From a virus, in the IMG/VR virus record IMGVR_UViG_3300034152_000556, positions 44,709 to 108,708 of that record: a stretch of DNA of 64,000 nucleotides; one strand, given 5' to 3'. How positions within the stretch are numbered: the stretch's first letter is position 1; every line of letters starts with the position of its first letter. The position numbers were made by a program, and so were the translations under genes. Shown one piece after another: positions 44,737-54,201 of this stretch. The notes beneath the pieces are model-generated. The model was not told the DNA's origin. It searched no databases and worked only from the letters and a program-made list of their open reading frames with translations.

Positions 44737-46155
44737 TTAGAAGTCAGCATTCATTAGCTGAGTCATATATTTGATCTTGTCTTTGAATTCACCCGCAAAA
44801 TAGTGCGTATAAAATATGATCATTTCACGTTCAACCTTCGATAGAGGAATACCAGCAAGGTCTCGTCCTGTTAAAATGCTCCGAAGATTGACCCTTGCAA
44901 TTCTTCCCACAAAATGACACAGAATATCATGTGGCAAGATTTTTGCCTTAAAACCATAGAAGTTCTGTGTGTCATCTTGAACATCAAGATAGTCATGAAC
45001 AGATTTGATCTTGTAAGTTGTTGAAATAGATGGGCTTTTGGTTGGATAATACTCTAAGAGAGTGAATGTTTCTCGGTATTGGGCCGGAAACGTTTTCTTG
45101 AGAATCTCTTGAATGTATACAGATAAAAGTGCTGCATGTTCTGGTGATAATGTTCTCAAGTGATTAAATGGGATGCTTGTCATCTCTGATAGTATTGGAT
45201 ACACCAAAGTTTCACATAAGGGTGAAATAAATTCAATCTCTTCTAACCTTGTGCTAAATTCAACAAGATAATTCTCTGTTGCTTCGTCTGATTCAGTCTT
45301 CATAATATTCTTACTTTCAAGTATATCTTTGACTCTTTCATAAGCAATCTTTTTCAATCTTCCGAGTGTATCATTATATGAATACGTTTTCAGGTTATCT
45401 GTATTGATTCCCTGAATGTCCTCGGTTGCGATACTATCATCATATATGATAGCATCTTTGTACACTGAGTGGAGAAACCACTTTACTGACTCATCAATGA
45501 CACCAACAAAGTATGTAATGGGGTTCTTATCATCTTCACAAAGTACTAAAATATTATTCATAATAAAATTAAATATTTCAATCACATGCGCTCCTAGGTC
45601 TTTACCTCGAACGCTCTTGATGTACTCCCACATGAATTTGTCAGTCATGCTATATCTGTAGGTCTTTGTTTTAATCACATCGTATATCTTTGTGACTACC
45701 TCAGATTTGAGTGCATCGATTGCTATCTTGTTGTAAACCTCCCTGTGGATTGAGGCTGTCAATTTGAGATTTTCAGAGTTTGATATGGTTGAATAAATCT
45801 TCAAATAACAAGATAGCCGAATGACCTTTTCGATTTCGTCATCTCTAAAAAGAATTGAATTTTTCTTGGCTTTTGACTCGTCAACAAAAATACTATAATC
45901 AAAGTTCTGCGATGTTAGATAAGCATCAGAAAACTCTTTTAGTTTGTCAACGTTGTCTACAATGGTTTTTGGTGCTTTTAATATGCCAATAAACCATTCG
46001 TCGAACTCTTTTCCACAGAATTTAGAAACATTTTCAATGTACTTTGTGACAATAAAAAATTTGTTGGTGATTGATGATGGTGATAGTTGAAGTGTAACAC
46101 GTTCGCCATCATGTGATACACTCCATCGTTTTGGACCTTCTTGATTGATGTTCAA
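44737..46155 (-). CDS. Hypothetical protein of about 472 aa, monocistronic
   Basis: Long ORF; TTG start 7 nt after AAGGAGG; no recognisable motif. Confidence 0.7.
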   Translation of the reverse strand: MNINQEGPKRWSVSHDGERVTLQLSPSSITNKFFIVTKYIENVSKFCGKEFDEWFIGILKAPKTIVDNVDKLKEFSDAYLTSQNFDYSIFVDESKAKKNSILFRDDEIEKVIRLSCYLKIYSTISNSENLKLTASIHREVYNKIAIDALKSEVVTKIYDVIKTKTYRYSMTDKFMWEYIKSVRGKDLGAHVIEIFNFIMNNILVLCEDDKNPITYFVGVIDESVKWFLHSVYKDAIIYDDSIATEDIQGINTDNLKTYSYNDTLGRLKKIAYERVKDILESKNIMKTESDEATENYLVEFSTRLEEIEFISPLCETLVYPILSEMTSIPFNHLRTLSPEHAALLSVYIQEILKKTFPAQYRETFTLLEYYPTKSPSISTTYKIKSVHDYLDVQDDTQNFYGFKAKILPHDILCHFVGRIARVNLRSILTGRDLAGIPLSKVEREMIIFYTHYFAGEFKDKIKYMTQLMNADF

Positions 46156-46203
46156 ATACAAACCTCCTTTGTGAATTTGGCGATAAAGCAACCCATCAAT
46201 AAG

Positions 46204-46218
46204 TAATATATATAGATG
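46204..46218 (-). promoter_or_regulatory. Candidate phage promoter motif CATCTATATATATTA (copy 2)
   Basis: Identical to 31646-31660; about 48 nt upstream of the likely start of the 472-aa gene. Confidence 0.5.
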
Positions 46219-46236
46219 ATTGCTTAAATAGGAAGG

Positions 46237-46482
46237 TTATACTTTTTTAAGGGGGGTATTGTGTTTCATTCGCCTGTTCAACATTTCCTTCACAAATCCA
46301 TCGTGTAAATCAACGATAGAGTTTATAAAATCTTTGGGTAGCTTTCTTTTCACCGCAGAACCATATAACATATGAGTCTTGCGATGTCTATCATTTAATG
46401 ATTTATTTGAAAGTTTCGCAGGAACCTCATTCTTCATCCTTGCAAAACGTGCGTGGTATGTTATTTCATGTATCTGAATCAT
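46237..46482 (-). CDS. Small basic hypothetical protein
   Basis: Coupled ORF; His-rich (HRKTH..Y, H...EM..R..KH). Confidence 0.55.
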   Translation of the reverse strand: MIQIHEITYHARFARMKNEVPAKLSNKSLNDRHRKTHMLYGSAVKRKLPKDFINSIVDLHDGFVKEMLNRRMKHNTPLKKV

Positions 46483-46850
46483 TATTCTTGTTCTTCATCA
46501 AACGTACTATCATCAGCATCATTGTCAGGATATAGATTATCGTCTTCTTCATTACTATCCATATCTACATTTTCTTTTGCAACACCAGTTTCTTTTTTCC
46601 AACCCTGCTTTGCTCTGAGTGCAAATAGAAGCTCACCCATTTTTTCTTTATTTCCTGGCTTTCCTCTTAGAGCTTCGATCTCTTTTTTAAGTTGTGCAAT
46701 GCTTTTATCGGCATGTTCGCCGGTTTGTTTAATTTCCACATCATCTTTCCATTTCTCTGACAGAAGAGATAATCTAGCCTCTTTTCGAATTTTGATATTT
46801 TGTTTTAGAATTGAAAGATAATCACTCTCAGACAAATTTTTAATGTCCAT
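46482..46850 (-). CDS. Hypothetical protein with acidic tail
   Basis: Coupled ORF. Confidence 0.55.
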   Translation of the reverse strand: MDIKNLSESDYLSILKQNIKIRKEARLSLLSEKWKDDVEIKQTGEHADKSIAQLKKEIEALRGKPGNKEKMGELLFALRAKQGWKKETGVAKENVDMDSNEEDDNLYPDNDADDSTFDEEQE

Positions 46851-47754
46851 CTTTTAAATACCTCCAAAGCGCACTTTGAAATCTTTCTGCGCTTACAACT
46901 GATGTGCCTGGTTCTGTAACAACAGCACTAGCACACATATTTGAAATTTTTGCTGATTCAATTGGTTTTATACCCATTGCCAAACAAACAGCCATTGATG
47001 CGACAACTGTATCACCAGCGCCAGAGACGTTAAACACGTTATGAACTTCTTCTGCTGGTATATCGATGTTGTCTTTAAAATCAAAGAGTGTCATGCCGTT
47101 CTTACCTCTTGTGATAAGAGCATATTTTACATCTTTTAAATTATATGCAGAGCTTAGCATCATACTACTCCACTCTTTTTCATTCGGTGTGATCATATAC
47201 ACACCTGTATAAAACTGACCGTTTTGTGGTTTTGGGTCTACAATAATTCTTGCTCTTTGCTCACGAAGATACACCATGAGTTCCCATGTGATCATTCCTT
47301 TTGCATAATCTGAAACAACAATTATATCTGGTGAATATAGTGCAAAATATTCTTGAAGTTTCTTCTTAGCATAATCAGCTTTAATTTTTTTGATGTGTTC
47401 TCGATCAACTCTGATCATCTGAATCTTTCTGCTATTTGCAACAATTCTTTCCTTAACAGTTGTTTCGTTTGATTGTTCTATCAAAAAATTACCAATGAAA
47501 GAGTTGTCAAAAATATCAGAAATTTCTCTACCAGCTTTATCTTTACCGACTGACGCAAGACAATCTACATTAGCACCAATAGAAAGAATATTTCTTGCTA
47601 CGTTACCACATCCACCGAGTGTAGCATATTCATCTGTGACCTTAACTATTGGTACTGGTGCTTCTGGTGAAATTCTTTCAACATCACCCACAATATATCT
47701 GTCTAACATCACATCACCAATTACCAAAATTCGAACGTTCTCAATGTTTTTCAT
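46840..47754 (-). CDS. rfaE: D-glycero-beta-D-manno-heptose-7-phosphate kinase (HldE/RfaE kinase domain, PfkB family)
   Basis: VIGDVMLDRY..G.VERISPEAPVP, SDYAKG, VDPK, ITPN..E, TRG..GM, VSGAGDTV. Confidence 0.88.
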   Translation of the reverse strand: MKNIENVRILVIGDVMLDRYIVGDVERISPEAPVPIVKVTDEYATLGGCGNVARNILSIGANVDCLASVGKDKAGREISDIFDNSFIGNFLIEQSNETTVKERIVANSRKIQMIRVDREHIKKIKADYAKKKLQEYFALYSPDIIVVSDYAKGMITWELMVYLREQRARIIVDPKPQNGQFYTGVYMITPNEKEWSSMMLSSAYNLKDVKYALITRGKNGMTLFDFKDNIDIPAEEVHNVFNVSGAGDTVVASMAVCLAMGIKPIESAKISNMCASAVVTEPGTSVVSAERFQSALWRYLKDGH

Positions 47755-47755
47755 T

Positions 47756-48313
47756 TTACAACACCTTTTTTAATCTATTTGCTACAGATTTTGGATACTT
47801 AGCTCCTTTTCTGTAAACCTTCACAACATTCTGTACATAGTTAAGTTCAATTTCAAGAGATGGTAAGTTTTTATTAATCCAAGCTAAACATAGGTTTTTG
47901 TTGATGTTTTTTGAACACAGTTGCTCTGGTTTTTTCTTCATCAAATGAACCATACTCTTTAACATCTCAAATTTACAAGTTAGTTCACAATAACCCAGAC
48001 TTGGTAATCTTTCTGCTCGTTCTTTTGCCTCTTCATCATCACCTTGAATCAATCCATCCATTCTCATCATATCATCAACCAATTCATCTTCTGCTTTGTT
48101 GATTTCATCTCGATATATTTTTGCACACATATCAAGACATTTTTCGTAATGAGTCTGAAGAAGTTTATAAGGAGTTGTGCCACTTAAAAAAGTCCAGTTG
48201 CGCGGTTTACCCATACCAACAGCTGCAAATATTTTGTTTAGCGTTTTTGTTACACCTTCTGTAACAACTATGTCATTCTGCAACTGATTTAAATATTCTG
48301 AAATAATTTTCAT
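47756..48313 (-). CDS. Hypothetical Cys-patterned protein (possible head protein)
   Basis: N-terminal ISEYLNQLQ...VVTE; C-x3-C, C-x3-C, C-x8-C. Confidence 0.6.
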   Translation of the reverse strand: MKIISEYLNQLQNDIVVTEGVTKTLNKIFAAVGMGKPRNWTFLSGTTPYKLLQTHYEKCLDMCAKIYRDEINKAEDELVDDMMRMDGLIQGDDEEAKERAERLPSLGYCELTCKFEMLKSMVHLMKKKPEQLCSKNINKNLCLAWINKNLPSLEIELNYVQNVVKVYRKGAKYPKSVANRLKKVL

Positions 48314-48322
48314 AGCAACTCC

Positions 48323-48844
48323 TTATTTGACAACGTAACGTCTGGTCATAGCAATAATGACATCTTTATTAATAAAGTCTCCGGGGCATGACAGGTCTTT
48401 GTCTTTTGTTACCTCGTAATGCATTTTTATCCTGTTTGGTGATATCCCGAAAAGCTTGATCATTGGGTTCAAAAGTCTAAATGCTAAAATCTCATACATT
48501 CTTTTCTCTGGTACTTTATAATCGTATGAACCCATCAATGCGACATGAACAGCTCTTTTGTTTATGTCAGCAGGGATATCAGGCCAATCACATAGATACA
48601 CAATAGGTCTACAGGCAATACAATTATATTCGCCTTTAATCTTATCCAACACATAATGATAGTTTACATCTCCTTGTTTTTTTTCTAGTACACCAGCGTA
48701 GATACCGGGCATTTGATATTTGTTATTATCAATGCGTGACTCTGGAAACTCATATATTTCTGCTGTGTGATGCACGATAATCCACTTAACGCTCTTTCTA
48801 CGTATATCAAGTAATGATGGTCGTAAGTGTATTCTTTTTGCCAT
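48323..48844 (-). CDS. N-acetylmuramoyl-L-alanine amidase (Amidase_2-like)
   Basis: IIVHHTA, NYHYV, H.E......SCPG Zn ligands. Confidence 0.75.
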   Translation of the reverse strand: MAKRIHLRPSLLDIRRKSVKWIIVHHTAEIYEFPESRIDNNKYQMPGIYAGVLEKKQGDVNYHYVLDKIKGEYNCIACRPIVYLCDWPDIPADINKRAVHVALMGSYDYKVPEKRMYEILAFRLLNPMIKLFGISPNRIKMHYEVTKDKDLSCPGDFINKDVIIAMTRRYVVK

Positions 48845-48854
48845 TATCTACCTC

Positions 48855-49157
48855 TTATGTTGTTATATGAGTTGTATCACCTGTAACAATAGTACCTGAT
48901 ACACATCCAACAACAGCATCACCAACACGAGCTTTACCCAACCCATCTGTCTTATTAACAACGCTGCTGCTTACAATATTTCCTGGGTGACCACACGCAC
49001 CAATAACCATATCACCCAATCTCGCTACACCCAATCCACTTGTACTATGAGTCACGCTCGAAGTTACAATTGGCCCAGACATACCGATACATGGTATTGG
49101 GGGGTGGCAGCAACAAATACCAACCCAAATATCTCCTAATCTTGCTATCGATGGCAT
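48855..49157 (-). CDS. PAAR-like spike tip protein
   Basis: Three ARLGD/ARVGD repeats with Cys/His metal ligands; near gp5-like gene. Confidence 0.8.
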   Translation of the reverse strand: MPSIARLGDIWVGICCCHPPIPCIGMSGPIVTSSVTHSTSGLGVARLGDMVIGACGHPGNIVSSSVVNKTDGLGKARVGDAVVGCVSGTIVTGDTTHITT

Positions 49158-49711
49158 TATACATAATCCTCAAATACATCACCAGAGTCTTCAACTTTTT
49201 GTTTTGAGTATTCTAGTTGATCAATAGCGATACCTAAATTTGAAATGTTAGCAAGAATACCATAGTTTCCTTGAAGATCGGTCAACGGTTTTGTCAAATA
49301 ATCTTGACAGAAATTCCATTGTTGAATCAGCAAAACAACAGTCGTGTCTGCATCCCAACCAACGCCGCCATATTCATATAATGTTTCAGCATTTGTTGCA
49401 TCCACAATAACCCAATCTGTTAGTGTTGCTGTATAAATGTTTGAATCTGGTGTTGTATTGTTGTATGTTGAACCAAAATTTACATTAACATCACCACCCC
49501 AAATAGCACCAACTTCTTGTGCTTTTGTTGTTTGAAGGTAGTTTTTTAACTGATTTGCAGCTGGTGTCATAACAGCATCACGAAGAGCTTCTTTCTCTGC
49601 AATGAATTCATCTCTAAGACCTTCAACTTGAGCTATTTGCGCTTCATATTGTTCCACTTGCCCATCAATAGCATCATACATTTGCTCAAGTGTTTCTTGT
49701 GGTGTAGCCAT
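49157..49711 (-). CDS. Hypothetical (baseplate-module) protein
   Basis: Location between spike and PAAR genes. Confidence 0.55.
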   Translation of the reverse strand: MATPQETLEQMYDAIDGQVEQYEAQIAQVEGLRDEFIAEKEALRDAVMTPAANQLKNYLQTTKAQEVGAIWGGDVNVNFGSTYNNTTPDSNIYTATLTDWVIVDATNAETLYEYGGVGWDADTTVVLLIQQWNFCQDYLTKPLTDLQGNYGILANISNLGIAIDQLEYSKQKVEDSGDVFEDYV

Positions 49712-49712
49712 A

Positions 49713-50507
49713 TTATAGAATCCTCAGTGCTGATTTTCTAAGACTTTTCGTAGTGTCAACCGCTGATGAGATGCTACTGCTAGCATTACTCTTTATATTT
49801 TGAACAGAATCAACAACGCTGTTCATTTTTACTTTTTCGGTAACTGATAAACTAACATCATCATAAAGTTTATCGATGTCAAACTTTCCATAATTGGGGC
49901 TTGCAGGATCACCAACTATATTTAATTGGTCATATAAATCTTCAACCTGATCTGCGTAACTTTGTGCTGTTGTAGCAAAGTCGCTTCCACATAATGATGT
50001 AAGACAATCTATAAGCTGATCAGCTTTTTGCAAAGATGTTGAAATGCCAAGATCAGCTGGGTTATCCGGTATTTGATTTGCAATTTTGTTTATTAAACTA
50101 TCTATGAGTTTTCCAGACTCAAAATCTGGCAATGGCACAGCCTCTATAAGCTCATCCATTTTATCAAATGCCGATTTTGACATGCTTTTTAAAATAGCTG
50201 TTGGGTTTTTTAATAATTCGTCCTCACCAAAATAAGCACAGTTACTAACAATATCATTTATTTCATCGATTGCCTCTTCATCCGCTTGTGGTATATTCTC
50301 ATTTACATCTGATTCTAAATCGTTTGCTGCATTTGTTATATCTTCAGACGGCGAAAAACCAATTCCCTTGAGACTATTTAGAGCAGATTTGGCTGCTTGA
50401 ATTTCAGACTTCACAGTAGAAAGAGCTGAAGTGGCTGGTCCTATAACACTTTCAAAATCGCTTACAAGCTTATTGCATAGACTCGTTTGTGTTGATGTTA
50501 ATGCCAT
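49713..50507 (-). CDS. Hypothetical (baseplate-module) protein
   Basis: Start set at MALTST, just after gp5 stop. Confidence 0.55.
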   Translation of the reverse strand: MALTSTQTSLCNKLVSDFESVIGPATSALSTVKSEIQAAKSALNSLKGIGFSPSEDITNAANDLESDVNENIPQADEEAIDEINDIVSNCAYFGEDELLKNPTAILKSMSKSAFDKMDELIEAVPLPDFESGKLIDSLINKIANQIPDNPADLGISTSLQKADQLIDCLTSLCGSDFATTAQSYADQVEDLYDQLNIVGDPASPNYGKFDIDKLYDDVSLSVTEKVKMNSVVDSVQNIKSNASSSISSAVDTTKSLRKSALRIL

Positions 50508-50508
50508 C

Positions 50509-51453
50509 TTATGTATCCCTTTCACCCTTCGGGTCTGCGGAGGTCGCATCGCCAGCATCACCAGCTGGTCCTGCGGCTCCACCCTGATCATTTATAATAG
50601 CAGCATCATGATTGATTGCTGAACCGCCTTTCACATTTACAGTAGCCGCTCCCTGAATATTAGCATTCGCTCCGGCTTTCATGTTACAGTCAGCACCACC
50701 TTGTTCATTAACGTTACCACCCGCTTTCAGATTTATATCATCTGAAGATGCTTGAATGTTAACCTTACCAGCTTCAGATTTTATATCAATATCATCAGCT
50801 GCTAATATTCTGAAGTTTGCATTTGTCTTGATTAAAATATCACTTTCAAAAAGAGCTTGCAGTTTTTGTTCATCGACGTCTATATGAAAGAAGTCACCCT
50901 TATGTGTTCTTATTAAAATCTTTTCTTTTCCGCTTCTCTCATCAAATAAAATCGTTGTTTGATTGTCATCAATAGTATAGACCGAATCTGTATTACCCGT
51001 TGGTGGTTCAGATAACTGTCTTTTTTTACCTGTTATTTCAACTCGTGCGTCATCAGTATCATCAGATATTACAATCGTTCTACCATCATGACTCTTAAAA
51101 ATAGTCCACTTATCTTGATAGTTCGTACCAACTTGATTTTCTGGTAAAACTTTCGTGTTTTCTAGGTCTAATGCGCCAAAATAATAAGGTCTGTTAATAT
51201 TACCAGCTTCAAAGAAAACCCATACCCAAGCACCTTTTCTTGGTATATATGAAGTTCCCATATAATGATGATCTTCAGTTCCCTCTAGATTTCTTCCCCC
51301 GATTGGGTTATTTGCTGGTCTTGCCCATATACCTTCTGTTGGGTCAACTAAAGGCATTATATCTGGTATCCACACTAGGACTCTACCAAATTTTTCGGTG
51401 TCTTGATTATCGACAACCTGTGCTCTGTAGTTTCCGAAGAGTGGATTTTCCAT
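50509..51453 (-). CDS. Baseplate central spike (T4 gp5/VgrG-like, OB-fold plus beta-helix)
   Basis: YRAQVVDNQD.EKFGRVLVWIP, WARP, P.KGAWVWVFFEAGNINRPYY, C-terminal beta-helix-like repeats. Confidence 0.85.
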   Translation of the reverse strand: MENPLFGNYRAQVVDNQDTEKFGRVLVWIPDIMPLVDPTEGIWARPANNPIGGRNLEGTEDHHYMGTSYIPRKGAWVWVFFEAGNINRPYYFGALDLENTKVLPENQVGTNYQDKWTIFKSHDGRTIVISDDTDDARVEITGKKRQLSEPPTGNTDSVYTIDDNQTTILFDERSGKEKILIRTHKGDFFHIDVDEQKLQALFESDILIKTNANFRILAADDIDIKSEAGKVNIQASSDDINLKAGGNVNEQGGADCNMKAGANANIQGAATVNVKGGSAINHDAAIINDQGGAAGPAGDAGDATSADPKGERDT

Positions 51454-51473
51454 ATCATATTAGATTCCTTGGT

Positions 51474-52301
51474 TTACGCTTTTTTTGGTGCAATACCTTT
51501 TAGTTTTGATACTAAGAAGTTCTTCATTGAAGAAAAATTCTTTTTAATCGTATTTCTGTAGAATTCTTTCTTTTTCATCAAATTTTCTACACGTTCTTTC
51601 AGTGGTGGGTGCTCGTCAAGAGCATCACTTAGGTTACGCACGACTTGACATATATTACCACATTTTTGTTTTGCTCTTTCCATTTTGGCCCAGTTTTCAA
51701 TCTTTTCGAGGGCTGATATTAATTCATCTGCATATCCAAACTCTGCTGCTCTTGTGTCGGCTTTCAATTCCATTTTTCTACCTAGAAGTCTCCGGAATAT
51801 AATCTCTGTTATACCCGAAGCTGAAGTTATTATAAAAAAGATGAGAGATACAGTAAAAAATAATTCCCATCCAATTAAAACGAACATAACAGCATATAAA
51901 ACAGCAAGGAGTGCATTTTCAGCTAATACGGTTTTTAGAGCATCATTTTGTTTCAGGTGACTTGTTTCGTGAATTAGAACAGCCATCGTTTCTCTTGGTG
52001 AAAGTTTTTTCAACAACCCTGTTGTGATAAAGATAAAAGGACCATGAACACAAAATGCATTTGGTATATTTTCTTTAAATTCGTACACATCCCACTTCAC
52101 TTTGTCCTTAACAACATTATTTAATTCTTTAGATAATTTATCGTGTTTCTTCATATGTTTTGATGATGCTAATTCATGCCCAAAAGAAAGTAACATACCA
52201 AGCTGGGTGATAAATGTTACTAACCATAAAGCGATACCAACAGCTTCATCAAGGTTCTCGGGCGTCTGTTCTTCTAGATATTTATCTACTTTTTCTGACA
52301 T
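51474..52301 (-). CDS. M48/HtpX-family membrane zinc metalloprotease
   Basis: PNAF, AVLIHETSH (HExxH), ELKAD, ALEK, HPPLKER; TM helices. Confidence 0.85.
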   Translation of the reverse strand: MSEKVDKYLEEQTPENLDEAVGIALWLVTFITQLGMLLSFGHELASSKHMKKHDKLSKELNNVVKDKVKWDVYEFKENIPNAFCVHGPFIFITTGLLKKLSPRETMAVLIHETSHLKQNDALKTVLAENALLAVLYAVMFVLIGWELFFTVSLIFFIITSASGITEIIFRRLLGRKMELKADTRAAEFGYADELISALEKIENWAKMERAKQKCGNICQVVRNLSDALDEHPPLKERVENLMKKKEFYRNTIKKNFSSMKNFLVSKLKGIAPKKA

Positions 52302-52303
52302 AA

Positions 52304-53209
52304 TTAACCTCTCTTAAACAGACCTTTTGAAAATTCTAAAATATTATTAAACTCTTTTCTATTTGGCTTATCTAGCCATGTGGCAACAACTTTCTGACCG
52401 CTGATTTCAGATGTTGTCAGCACAGCAAAAAATCTTGCTAAATCTTCAAACGCTGGGATGAAAGATACTTGGTATTTTTTAATAACCTTGGCTGCAAACG
52501 TATGTCGATTTAAGTTTGGCATGACACCCAACTCATTTAAAGATTTTATAAAATCATTTATATCTGCAAAGTTATATTTTTTGAGACTGTCTTCGATGTC
52601 TTTGTAATTAAATGCAGCAGCGCCAGAAGCCTTTTTATAGAGGCTTGGTGGTTTTATATCGAAGAAAGACGCAAACACATAACAATTTGTCAGAAATTTT
52701 AGTTTAACTATCTCTCTAGAGAAACTTCCCAGTAATCCATAATCTTTGCCAAATAGTCTTAGTAAAACGCTTACTAAATAGTTTGATATTGCAACTCCAT
52801 ATCTATCAATAACTTTGGCTTTTCCCGAAGCCAATTCATAAAACATTATACCATATACAAGACATGCATATAAATTCTCAACTCCAGGCTTTTGTGTCAA
52901 AATATCATCAACACCAAAAGGGTGTAAATTAATAATAATACTTTTAGTTGGTTTGTTATAAGAAACAGGAAAGAGATAATTTGGTAGATTTACAACTTTG
53001 ATTATCTCCCTTTGTTTTTTATTTGACACCAACTTGATGATTTTATTTTTTGTAAAATGATTTATTCTACTCTTCATCATTTCCAATTGAACAAATATTT
53101 TACGAGGCCCGTTAGCCACCGTGACTCTTTTCAAAGCGGTTGGTGACATATTTAGAATATTATCAGTTCCTTGAATTAGATTAAATTTGTCTTTAACAAT
53201 CATTACCAA
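52304..53209 (-). CDS. Hypothetical protein
   Basis: Long ORF in structural module. Confidence 0.6.
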   Translation of the reverse strand: MVMIVKDKFNLIQGTDNILNMSPTALKRVTVANGPRKIFVQLEMMKSRINHFTKNKIIKLVSNKKQREIIKVVNLPNYLFPVSYNKPTKSIIINLHPFGVDDILTQKPGVENLYACLVYGIMFYELASGKAKVIDRYGVAISNYLVSVLLRLFGKDYGLLGSFSREIVKLKFLTNCYVFASFFDIKPPSLYKKASGAAAFNYKDIEDSLKKYNFADINDFIKSLNELGVMPNLNRHTFAAKVIKKYQVSFIPAFEDLARFFAVLTTSEISGQKVVATWLDKPNRKEFNNILEFSKGLFKRG

Positions 53210-53595
53210 TCCACCCCTGTCAAGTCGCTAACGTCTTGTTTTGAGAACTTATCTTTAATAATTTCAACAACAGCCGCATATTGCGGTATTACAACAGTTT
53301 GTAAATCAAAATCTTCAGGTGTAAAAACGCTGTTTACATACATTAACATCTGAGCTAGAGCTACGGTTCCGTATTCATCAAAACTCAAATAATCTGGTCG
53401 TTGAAGATACTTTCTATCGAATTCAACTTCTTTTGAGTTTCTAAGTAGATAAAAAAGATTTTTTTCAAGAGTAAAGAGTGTGGGCGCAGGAAATGTATAT
53501 AAACCGTTTGATGTTTTATAACGCTGACCTAGAAAGTTGACGTCAACAGCAATCAGCTCTCGCTGTCTACTTTCATTGTCAATTCGTTCAGGCAT
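53203..53595 (-). CDS. Baseplate wedge protein (gp53/LysM-like)
   Basis: RPDYLSFDEYGT..L...LMYVN pattern. Confidence 0.6.
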   Translation of the reverse strand: MPERIDNESRQRELIAVDVNFLGQRYKTSNGLYTFPAPTLFTLEKNLFYLLRNSKEVEFDRKYLQRPDYLSFDEYGTVALAQMLMYVNSVFTPEDFDLQTVVIPQYAAVVEIIKDKFSKQDVSDLTGVDW

Positions 53596-53598
53596 TTA

Positions 53599-54192
53599 TT
53601 ACCCTCCAAGCGCCTCTGCTGGGTATTCGTTGCGTAACCAGCTAACATCTGTTTCTTTGATAACCAATCTATCATTAATTGTATCTAGTTCTTCTTCATC
53701 AAGATGATCACCATAATTTTTAAGAAAATAGTTATAATCACCTTTGACTAGGTCAATGGGTATCTGTAAGAACCCATTGTGAAACTTTTCGTGAAGCGAC
53801 TTTAGTATTGTTACATAACCAACTTTGTTTTTATAATGCAACTCGATGGCCTTTTCTGTAATATCAAAGGTACAAAACTCTTCTTCATTATCAATATACT
53901 TGTTGATTATACCTTTAATCATGGTGAAAAGTGATGGAATGTGATGATGAACATCAATTGTCACTTCACTCATTTTTTCATTGGTAATCATACATTCGTT
54001 GATGCCGAGCACATCGACTATATATTTTCTCCATAGTTTATACTCAATGCTCTTTCTTAACATTGCCTCACAATTGCGAATGAACTTTTTATAATCAGCT
54101 TCATTTTCGAAGTTTCTGATTCGAAGCGATAAACTAAATGGTATATCATCGCTATATAGTTCAAGCTTTTCAACATTAGATTTTACTTCCAT
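53599..54192 (-). CDS. Hypothetical protein, possible HNH-like fold
   Basis: C...IDVHHH...LHEKFH. Confidence 0.45.
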   Translation of the reverse strand: MEVKSNVEKLELYSDDIPFSLSLRIRNFENEADYKKFIRNCEAMLRKSIEYKLWRKYIVDVLGINECMITNEKMSEVTIDVHHHIPSLFTMIKGIINKYIDNEEEFCTFDITEKAIELHYKNKVGYVTILKSLHEKFHNGFLQIPIDLVKGDYNYFLKNYGDHLDEEELDTINDRLVIKETDVSWLRNEYPAEALGG

Positions 54193-54201
54193 AATAACTC
54201 C

